Below, piece by piece: positions 43,664-52,927 of a DNA stretch of 64,000 nucleotides; the first letter of the stretch is position 1; every line of letters begins with the position of its first letter. The translations under genes were made by a program, and so were the position numbers. The stretch is from Daphnia carinata (Eukaryota), in the NCBI RefSeq assembly GCF_022539665.2, contig NC_081332.1:5828001-5892000 (forward strand). The letters run 5' to 3'. Below the pieces are notes generated by a model. It saw only the letters and a list, made by a program, of their open reading frames with translations. It did not search any database and had not been told where the DNA came from.

Positions 43664-43762
43664 ATAAGGCATTTACTTGTTCTTGTAAACCTATGAAAAT
43701 CAAAGTTCGTCTGCTGATTGTTGTTGACACGCTTGTAAAGGCAACCGTTTCAAACAAGGAAA

Positions 43763-44995
43763 ATGGCAATTGCTGAATACGAAGAGCTGAAAAATCATTT
43801 TAAAACACACAATCGCATCAGGGAAGTAACCGCACATTCCGCTAAAGTTCACACAGTAGACTGGAACTGCGATGGACGGCGGTTAGCATCAGGTTCCTTT
43901 GACAAGACGGTGTGCATTTTCACAATTGATAGTGACAGACTGGTACGTATATTACCGGCTTATTAACTGTAAGCTGGCTTGACGGATATTTAAACGAAAT
44001 GTATAATTCAGGTTAAGGAACAGACGTTTTCTGGACACAATGACAGTGTCGATCAGTTGTGTTGGCACGAAACCAATCCAGATTTACTCAGCACAGCCAG
44101 TGGTGATAAAACCATGAGAGTCTGGGATGCAAGGATAAAGAAAAGCATTGCCACAGTTAATACCAAAGGTATATCCATTGTCAAATTCAAATTTTATTGT
44201 GCAAGTTCACACCCATTTGTTTCCCATTTGTCCTTCGCCAGGAGAAAATATCAATATTACTTGGTCACCTGATGGGAACTCTATTGCTGTTGGGAACAAG
44301 GAAGATCTCGTCACCTTTATTGATGCTAGGAATTTTAAAATTAGAACCGAACATCAGTTCAAGTTTGAAGTTAATGAGATTGAATGGAACAAGGCCAGTA
44401 ACCTGTTCTTCCTAACAAGTGGGCAGGGCTGCATCCACATATTAGAGTAATGGTGAACTGTTTTTTTTTTATTCAACTCAAATGATACTACCAATCTCTC
44501 GATCTAGTTACCCAGAGCTCACGACCGTCCACGTCACTCAAGCTCACCCTGCCAACTGCATTTGCATCGAATTCGATCCTACTGGGAAGTATTTCGCCAC
44601 TGGATCGGCCGACGCCCTAGTCTCGCTGTGGGATGCCGATGAAATAGCATGTTTGCGTACATTCTCAAAGTACTGATAAGGCCAAATGACGCAGTGGTTT
44701 TAGATTTCGGTTATTCAGTTAATAGAGTGGGTATTTTCTTAGGTTGGACTGGCCAGTCCGCACCCTGAGTTTCAGCCACGATGGATCTATGTTAGCGTCA
44801 GGGTCAGAAGACCTATTGATCGATGTTAGCCATGTAGGCACCGGTGAACGTGTTATAGCCATTCCAGTGGACACGCCTACCTTCACAGTCGCATGGCATC
44901 CACGCTCTCATCTACTTGCCTACGCCTGCGATGATAAAGATGACGGAAATCGAGATGCTGGAACCGTGAAGCTCTTTGGCCTCTCTAACGAGTGA
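43763..44995 (+). CDS. THOC3: THO complex subunit 3 (WD40-repeat, TREX mRNA export), 5 coding exons: 43763-43942, 44012-44168, 44242-44446, 44508-44669, 44743-44995
   Basis: Spliced translation contains AHSAKVHTVDWNCDGRRLASGSFDKTV, GHNDSVDQLCWH, GENINITWSPDG, AHPANCICIEFDPTGKYFATGSADALVSLWD and LDWPVRTLSFSHDG...AGTVKLFGL, which are characteristic of THOC3/Tex1. All introns are GT-AG with consistent phases. Confidence 0.96.
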
Positions 44996-45304
44996 TGGCC
45001 CAGTGGAATCGGTGATTAAATGCTACACATGTTTTATGTATCGTTTTTTCCTCCTTACAGATTGATCGTACTCTTATCGTGAATCGTTTATCACGACTAT
45101 GTCTTCAACTCTGTTGAAAATACATAAGATCCTTCCACTTTGTCGAAGGACATAAAAAGAGAACAGATCTCTTTAGCGGTAGAATTCTTTTTCAGAAGGC
45201 AAAAGAGAATTGTCTTTTCTTTCTTAACTTGCGGGAAAATATTGAGGCAAGTAAAATGTGAAGTGCCCCCTTATTTTTATTTTTAACTGTTTTTTGGCTT
45301 ACTA

Positions 45305-45600
45305 ATTAGGATTTTGCATGACAATTTTTTACATGATTATTGATTTAGGTAAGAACATTTTTTTTAATTCACGGTCGGAAACTTCCCCCCAGGCCCTGCG
45401 CGTGCTCTGTTTTGGTCCGTAGACGAAGGCGGAAGTTAGTTCCTCATACAATGTAAAAAAGAATTTTTCTTGATGGGCGCAAAGTATGAGAAAAGAAATG
45501 TGAAACTGAAGTAAACTGGGCAAGTTCGGTCTGCTTGCCCAATTCTTAGCAGAAGAAAGCCCCACCTGACCATTTACGTGAACCTTCGCACAGTCCTAAT
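45305..45600. mobile_element. Possible ~300 bp MITE-like element
   Basis: Imperfect terminal inverted repeats ATTAGGATTTTGC ... GCACAGTCCTAAT. There is no second copy in the window and no clear target-site duplication. Confidence 0.25.
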
Positions 45601-46584
45601 CATTTCTCTTATACTTATCATCCATAGGTTGATAATTTCGAAGTAATCGGGACTGCAGCCAGTATTCACGTCAAATTTACTTGTTTAGCGGGGGGGGTGG
45701 CGACTCCCTAAACCGACTTTCTTCCTACTTCAGTTTCACATTTCTTTTTTTTTCCCTCGTTTGTGCGGACCTTTATGTACTGTAGAGGTTGCCGTTCGCA
45801 GCATGTATTCCCAAATGCCCACCGTATGGCAGATGGTCCACAACTTATGTGGCACATTCACGACTTGAACTTTTCAGGACGTGACACCTCTATAGGAAGT
45901 GATCGACACCGCCTATTCCTACCACTCCAATGATAATATGTCAGTAGCATCCCTTTAATACACGAAATTAACTACCCAAACCTCGATGCTGCAAGCTTTG
46001 CCATTTTTCCACCCATATTCGTTCATTAATTTAAACTTGTGGACTAAATTCACAAAATAAATAATGAACTATGTAGTCTAGGCGAAGCTTGTAATAATGG
46101 AAAAAAAATTTTTTCTTTGAAATTAAGTCATACAAATAAAACGATTTGTGGCACAACAGTATAATTTGCTATAGGGACCGTTTAAACGTGGTCTGCCTTA
46201 TTTCAGTATTGAATTGTGTTATTCTATATTCTACGAAAAAATTTAGAGAGAAGCAAAGTCCTTCCTTTTTCTGAAAAAAGTTAGTTTTTTTACTCAAGCT
46301 AGATGTCGTTGCTGTGCCTTTAGTGGTCGTGTAAATAAAATTGAAGTCCGACAAAAAAAATAAGCCCGATTTTTTTTTAATTCTTAGGTTGAGCTTCCAA
46401 AAGTTTTACTAGATGGCACTGATGTAGGGCAATCCGTTTTACCCCCCCCCTTCCCCCCCCCAAAAAATATCGGCCTCCTTTTCTGTTTCACTGCTATCGC
46501 CATCTAACGGCCAAGCTGGTCAAGCCGAAAAGTCGGGTTTGTTTTGTTTTGGCTTATTTTTAGAAACCTGTCCAAGCTGTATTC

Positions 46585-46598
46585 CCACTAGATGGCGA
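46585..46598 (+). promoter_or_regulatory. CTCF-like motif at the left end of the palindrome (mirror copy at ~54751-54764)
   Basis: CCACTAGATGGCGA closely matches the CTCF core consensus. Confidence 0.45.
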
Positions 46599-47879
46599 TA
46601 CAGATTCAACAGCCTCTGGCGTCTGAAATCGAACTATTATTACTTTTTGTTGTCATGTGATTCTCATTGTTTACTTTGTTTTTACGTTGACAACGTGTAT
46701 TTGAGTTTCTCTCGTCTGAACGGTATCTTTATTTCTGTTTTTTGTTGTTGTTTTTACCTCCATCGCTATTATCCATGTGCAAATATTGCACTGCGTCGTT
46801 ACGTAAACGAAATGTCAGCTGTTGCACTTGGGCTTAGGATGAGGTAATATTAACATACTCTTGGAAAACCAGGTCTCATGTTGTATCATTCTGGGTAAAG
46901 CCAGTGTTACAAGCAGAACTGTGCATGATATTTGGTGAAAATTGATGGTTTTTGTGTTTTACAACCAAAAGCCAATTTTCAGGATTATTAAGATGATTAA
47001 TTACTACTTTTACATTTGCAACATGTTAATCTTATTCTGCTTTATTAGTAAACATATCCAGTAGTGGAGTTAAAAGTAACAGATGTGTTCTGTTGTGTAC
47101 TCCTCACATATCATAGTTTGTTGCATGATTTTATTACTTTGCGAATCAATTGTAACTTATTTATGGATTTAAATGCAGATGTTCATGCCTGCATGTTACT
47201 GCAAAAACTACATGATAGCAGTCATTTGCCAATGCAACAAAATATTCACAGTCTGTAACAGAAGATTTTTTTGTTGGACCTTCAAGAAATTCTAACAAGA
47301 TGTGCTATTTGCTATCAATATTCCGCAAGAATGGGATCTCCCGTCTACTTTTTCCGGTAATAACCATATCTGTTCCACTATCATCTTAATTCTGATGGCT
47401 ATCAAATTAAGGGGATGGTTATGAAACATTTACGTCGATTATTATGTGTGTAGTAGTGCTTTGAAGTGGTATACAGGTCGTACCTTAAAACTGAACTTTA
47501 AGAACTTTGAAAGACCATGTTATGTTAATTTACTATAGTTTACGTTTGAAACTACGCAGATCTTTTGTAACTTGTAAAGGAGAACATAGTTCATTTTTTA
47601 AATTTTCGAAGTTTTAACTTTCAGTATAACTTCCGATTTGAAAATGTCTAATAACTCACTATCTGTTGGTCTGAATGAAAAAAGACCCATATTTTCGTAA
47701 TCCTCGTGAAATTTGGGGTCGAATCCATGTGTCAGTAGAAAATACCCGAAAATCGTCAAAAATCGCAAATTTCCCTGAACTATAGTTCATAACCTTCATT
47801 AACCAAGGAACTCCCGAAAATGGAAGTTGTTTTTATGTGGCGTTCATAGTTTTTGAGCAACCTAAAATATAAAATTAGG

Positions 47880-48400
47880 GTCGAATCGAAACCATTACTA
47901 GCGCGCCAGTATGCTACAGCGCTAACATGACACATCAAACTTCTTTCATTATTCAAAAACTATAAACTCTATGTAAAAACAAATTTCATTATCGTGTTCC
48001 TCGTAAAATTTTGAATCTAGATTTATTGCTATTATTTTTTATAGGAAAAAATATTAAGCCCGGCAATATAAGCGCGGGCTTATTTTTTAACCCAATTTTG
48101 ACCGTTTTTTACGTTTTATTCGAAAGCTATGAGTCCCACGAGAAAACAACCCTCACGTTTGTGATGTCCGTTCAATTCTTCATCGAAACCATGTATTTAA
48201 AGCGAAATCTAAAATTTTTCCAATTTTCTTCAAATCCTAGATTTCATTAAAAATACATTATTCCGATTCGAAATTGATCGCTGATCACGAAAATGGGGTA
48301 TATTTTCATATTAGGCATTTACTTTTTGAATTAACCATAAAAAACAGAAAGTCGGGCTTATTTTGTCGGGCTTATTCAGTCGGGCTTAAAAAATTTTTCG
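47880..48400. mobile_element. Fragments of the same repeat family inside the palindrome (related pieces at ~53135-53460 and ~54790-55160)
   Basis: CTAGCGCGCCAGTATGCTACAGCGCTAA (~47898) is the reverse complement of the 9109-9137 motif. A GTCGGGCTTA array at 48351-48388 matches 8900-8937, and a TAAGCCCGAC array lies at 54793-54858. Confidence 0.55.
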
Positions 48401-48696
48401 GTCGGTGTATGTAGTGAATTAACTAGAAATGTTACCGGTAGATGGCGATAGCAGTAAAAGAGAAAAAAAAGGCCAATGTTTTTTATTTTTATTATGGGTA
48501 AAACGTATGGCAATCCGTTTTACACAAAAAAAAAAAAAAAAAATCACAATTTTTTCTTTTTTTCCGACACGTAGCCATCTACCGCTCAGACTCGTTATTA
48601 CTGGCGTAGGCAATTTCAGTCCATTGGATGCCATTCGCAGTTAGTTCAGTAGCGTGGATGGAGAGAATAACGCGTGGCTGGAGGAACAATTGAAAA

Positions 48697-49950
48697 ATGG
48701 ATAAGATAATACAACAAAAGGATGGTAAGTATAAACATTATTATATTGGTTTTCAATTATTAATTATTGTTTATTAGATCAAATTATGAAGATGCAGGCC
48801 CAATTATTGGAACAACACAAAATATTAGATAACAGCAAAGCTAAGGATGGTAAGGGCTTATACGTAATGATTCTATTTATTTGCTTTTATTCATTTGTGT
48901 TTTTGTAGCTCAAATTTTGAGTCTACAAGCTCAGCTAGGGGAAAAGAACAAATTGGAATGGAACAGTTTCCAAACAGTGAAGGAGGTTTTTCCAAACTCA
49001 TCCCTAACTGAACATGAGGATGAATTGGCATTAGGCAAACCCAGTCAGGTACCTAAACTTTTCAAATAAGAATTCCAAATAAGTATAGAATTTTAACAAA
49101 CAATTATTTATTGCTTAGTTATTCAGTCTATCACCTGACAGTGTGTTAAAGTTAAATTCTGTTAGTGCTGCACTAAAAGAATTGTTAGTAATAAGTCCAT
49201 GCAGCGAAGGAATTGAACAATTGTGGGATCGTATTTGGGCTGAAAATGGGTGTGGTACGGAAACCCAGAAATAGCACGAGTTCAACATAAAACATGAATT
49301 AGGTACTTTTCGGTTTTTTGTCTATCGAAACAGTATTTTTAATGCTATTATTTTGCATTCACAGAATTCTAGTGGGGAATCAAGTCAAGTCTAGAAGTGT
49401 TACAGGATGGAAGAGTGAGCCTACAGTTGAAAAACACTGAAAGTGCATTACCATTAAGGTATGAGGTAAAGTAATAGAGTATGCAAATTGTCTAATGAGA
49501 AGTACCATCTTGTGTGAATGAATCCTGTGTAACAGCAATCCTTTATAGTTCTGTTATAGCTAGAAGCCTCAAATAATTCTGCTTCTCTTGCTAAAGAACA
49601 ACTTGTCCTTTACACTCAGAGTGTTGGTGAAGCTGGGTACTTAAATGGCCCTAAAGATGTTTCACTTCACTGGCATTGCAGCGATGAACATCATACATGG
49701 ACTCTTTAGGTATGAAAGGAATTTTCTTGAAAAATTTTTGAATTTATGATGAAGCTTTTCTCCTCCTTTTTGCCAACCATGTCTAATCTACAAAAAAAAA
49801 TTTATCCAATAAGAAAGGATTTTCAGCATACTGGGAACACAACTATCAACAATGCAACATTCTAGGGGTGTTATTTTATCCTTCAAGAGCCTTATACAAT
49901 GATTTTCATCTACAATTTGTATGGCCTTTCCTGAGCTTCTGCCAGAAGTT
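48697..49950 (+). pseudogene. Disabled multi-exon gene of unknown function, left palindrome arm
   Basis: Short GT-AG introns join MDKIIQQKD / DQIMKMQAQLLEQHKILDNSKAKD / AQILSLQAQLGEKNKLE... / LFSLSPDSVLKLNSVSAALKELLVISPCSEGIEQLWDRIWAENGCGTETQK. A premature TAG at 49272-49274 is TGG in the other arm, and further stops follow. The 3' limit is approximate. Confidence 0.6.
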
Positions 49951-50159
49951 GAATCTATGAGTCATGTAAGTCACATGAGCAACAATTGAGATGCTTAATG
50001 GTGTTGTTTTTCTTTTCTCAGTGTAGGTTAATAGTAACATTGGATCTGAAAAAATTCTTGGTTGGGGCATGACACTGAATAAATTGTAATGATTGGATGG
50101 ATGACATGATATTTCTATACTTCATTCGGATTCCCCAGACGGTATTTGATATTAAAAAA

Positions 50160-50540
50160 ATTGAAGTGCATATCTGGGCTCCCTTCTTTTCTGAAGCCCC
50201 GTTTCCCCTTGACTCATAATAAGCCCGTAGGGGGTCATGCCCCTACTGTACGGTATATATAAAAACAACATATACCGAGGTTTGGAGGGCTCTGGCCGGA
50301 AAGGGGACGTGGGGTGCCGCTTCGTCCGATGATGTGTTCACGGAGGGTGACGTGGCTGCCCACAAATCCGAACTAAAGGTTAATCGCTCCTGTAAAAATG
50401 TTCCAAATCTTCAGCTCTTCTTCCGGCTTCTCTTAGCCAATCACCGGGTAATCTCCCCGGTGGGTCAACAAGGCAGTGTCTCCCCCTGCCTGGGTTGACG
50501 GCAACTTTTGAAAGGGCTATTGTGCCTTTTTAAAGTTGCA
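50160..50540 (+). ncRNA. Candidate unclassified structured RNA element, copy 1
   Basis: GC-rich island in an AT-rich context with at least six hairpins and two crossing long-range helices. TATATATAAAAA at 50254-50265. No T4 run from ~50280 until 50506-50509 and 50527-50531. Confidence 0.4.
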
Positions 50541-50825
50541 AAAATAATTGTAATGTGCAGAGAATTGTCAATAAAATTATTTTTATAAAATTTTTTTGCA
50601 AAATTCGTTTCTTTCATAGTCTGTATTCGCTGTGTTCACACGTTACATTTTTTATATTTAGCTTGCTTAATTCAGCTTTATTGTTTTTGTCACCTTTGAT
50701 GGTAAGCATTGTTTCCATTGGTTTATCGTATATCTGTAAGTATTATTTATTACACTCTTTGAATTCTTCAACTTAGATTCAAGGAACAATCTGGATATTT
50801 TATGAAGTAATTTTGTATTTTGTTT

Positions 50826-50896
50826 TACTCGTATGGGAACCGATCCCCAGACATTCAGCGTGCAACGCCGATGCTCTAACATTGAGCCACGAGATA
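50826..50896 (-). pseudogene. tRNA-like sequence (Ala-TGC-like anticodon loop, degenerate T-loop)
   Basis: The minus strand reads ATCTCG-TG-GCTC AATGTTA GAGC-A-TCGGC GTTGCAC GCTGA-ATGTC-TGGGGATCGGTTCCCA-TA-CGAG. The D-stem is perfect, the anticodon stem has 5 bp, the acceptor stem is partial and the B-box is decayed. Confidence 0.55.
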
Positions 50897-50992
50897 TATT
50901 TAAAATTTTTATTATCGCATATCATATGTTATCGTCTAGGATGTTTATGCAGTCTTTCACAACTATATGTTTATCTTTCTATTGCTGCCATA

Positions 50993-51063
50993 AGGTTCTT
51001 AGCTCTGTGGTAGAGCTTTTATCTGCGATACCTGTTACCCTGGGTTCAAACCTCAGTAGATGT
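50993..51063 (+). pseudogene. tRNA-like sequence with intact A-box and B-box, degenerate anticodon arm
   Basis: TAGCTC TGTGGTA GAGC (D-arm/A-box) and CTGGG TTCAAAC CTCAG (T-arm/B-box) occur at tRNA spacing. Confidence 0.55.
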
Positions 51064-51180
51064 GTAAAAATGAAGTAGAATAATGTAGAAGAGTATATTG
51101 CAGAATTGCATTTCAGTTTTATTCTAAGTGTAAATGCAAGTCCACAAGTGACTAGAAAAAAAAGCCAACTTAAAATCATA

Positions 51181-51251
51181 TGATTCGTGGCTCATTGGTA
51201 AAGCATCGGCGAGGTATGCCGAACATCCAGGGTTCGATCCCTGGATAATAA
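51181..51251 (+). pseudogene. tRNA-like sequence with A-box and B-box (inverted paralog of 50826-50896; loop reads GGT)
   Basis: TGGCTCATTGGTAAAGC (A-box), TCGGC-GAGGTAT-GCCGA (anticodon-like arm) and CAGGGTTCGATCCCTG (B-box/T-arm). The acceptor stem pairs poorly. Confidence 0.6.
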
Positions 51252-51461
51252 TAGAATGCTTACAGATAAATAATAAACCAATACCCGTCACCTTACCATC
51301 AAATGTGACAAAAACAAATAAAGCAAAGCAAAAAAAAAAAAAGTTGATGAATGTAATGTGTGAACACAGCTAACAGAGACAATGAAAGAAACAAATTTTG
51401 CAAAAAATATTTTATAAAAAAAATTTTTATTGACAATTCTCTGCACATTACAATTATTTTT

Positions 51462-51841
51462 GCAACTTTAAAAAGGCACAATAGCCCTTTCAAAAGTTGC
51501 CGTCAACCCAGGCAGGGGGAGACACTGCCTTGTTGACCCACCGGGGAGATTACCCGGTGATTGGCTAAGAGAAGCCGGAAGAAGAGCTGAAGATTTGGAA
51601 CATTTTTACAGGAGCGATTAACCTTTAGTTCGGATTTGTGGGTAGCCACATCGCCCTCCGTGAACACATCATCGGACTAAGCGGCACCCCACGTCCCCTT
51701 TCCGGCCAGAGCCCTCCAAACCTCGGTATATGTTGTTTTTATATATACCGTACAGTAGGGGCATGACCCCCTACGGGCTTATTATGAGTCAAGGGGAAAC
51801 GGGGCTTCAGAAAAGAAGGGAGCCCAGATATGCACTTCAAT
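51462..51841 (-). ncRNA. Candidate unclassified structured RNA element, copy 2 (inverted)
   Basis: Reverse complement of 50160-50540, with only about 4 substitutions found by eye. Confidence 0.4.
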
Positions 51842-52074
51842 TTCTGAATTTTAAATACCGTTTGGGGAATATGAATTAAGTGTAGAACTTCCATGTAGTG
51901 TATCCAAACGTAAAAATTAATTCATGACCTTGCCCCAAACAAGAAACCTTTTCAGATCAAAATTTATTGTTCATCTATGAGACAATAAAACACCATTAGC
52001 ATAAAAACTCTTAATTCACATGTATAGTTCGTACCTTACATGATTCGTGAGTTGATTGCGAGCATATTCTTCTG

Positions 52075-52927
52075 TCAGAACTATAAAGGATTGCTGTTGT
52101 AACGGATTCATTAACACAAGGTGGTACTTCTCATTAGACAATTTGCATTACTCTATTACTTTACCTCACACCTTAATGGTAATGCACTCTGTTTTTTCAA
52201 CTACAGGCTCACTCTTCCATCCTGTAACACTTCCAGACTTGACTTGAACCCCCGCTAAAATTCTGTGAATGCAAAATAATAGCATTAAAAATACTTTTTC
52301 GATAGACAAAAACCAAAAAAGTACCTAATCCATGTTTCATGTTGAACTCGTGCCATTTCTGTGTTTCCATACCACACCCATTTTCCGCCCAAATACAGTC
52401 CCACAATTCTTCAGTTCCTTCGCTACATGGACTTATTACTAACAATTCTTTTAGTGCAGCACTAACAGAATTTAAATTTAACACACTGTCAGGTGGTGGA
52501 CTGAATAACTAAACAATAAATAATTGTTTGTTAAAATTCTATACTTATTTGGAATTCTTATTTGAAAAGTTTAGGCACCTGACTGTTCACCTAATGCCAA
52601 CTCATCCTCACGTTCAGTTAGGGATGAGTTTTGAAAAACCTCCTTCACTGTTTGGAAACTGTTTTGTTCCAATTTGTTCTTTTCCCCTAGCTGAGCTTGT
52701 AGACTCAAAAATTTGAGCTACAAAACACGAATGAATAAAAGCAAATAAATAGAATCATTACGTATTAGGCCTACCATCCTTAGCTTTGTTGTTATCTAAT
52801 ATTTTGTGTTGTTCCAATAACTGGGCCTGCAGCTTCATAATTTGATCTAATAAACAATAATTAATAATTGAAAACCAATATAATAATGTTTATACTTACC
52901 ATTTTTTTGTTTTATTATCTTATCCAT
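52075..52927 (-). pseudogene. Disabled copy of the same unknown gene, right palindrome arm
   Basis: Inverted homolog of 48697-49550 with the same splice sites. Exon 3 has an extra T (CAAATTTTTGAG versus CAAATTTTGAG) plus a 2-nt deletion, and the segment equivalent to ~49560-49950 is missing. Confidence 0.6.

Noticed and set aside
46539..46847. 102-aa ORF duplicated at 54502-54978 (-), and ORF 47064-47258 duplicated at 54055-54285 (-)
   Set aside because: Their identity reflects the inverted duplication. The starts are non-ATG, the composition is not protein-like, and the second pair differs by a frameshift.
50277..50510. Resemblance of the structured element to 7SK (GG..GAGGGC..TCTGGC start; AGGC…TGCCT stem)
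   Set aside because: It lacks the paired GATC motifs that define the 7SK 5' stem, and the similarity is short.
51480..51600. HDV-like ribozyme end (GGCTAAGAGAAGCC) or hammerhead box (CTGAAGA)
   Set aside because: I could not build a P1/P2/P3/P1.1 topology or a matching GAAA core by hand. An RNArobo or Infernal search would be needed to exclude it formally.
51600..51630. TAACCT as a possible TTAGG telomerase RNA template
   Set aside because: It is only 6 nt, sits immediately after a T5 run, and lies on the strand less favoured by the G-U pairing pattern.
50158..51843. Central 1.7 kb as an independent TIR element inserted into the palindrome
   Set aside because: Arm homology continues, in diverged form, outside the near-identical block on both sides, and no target-site duplication is evident.
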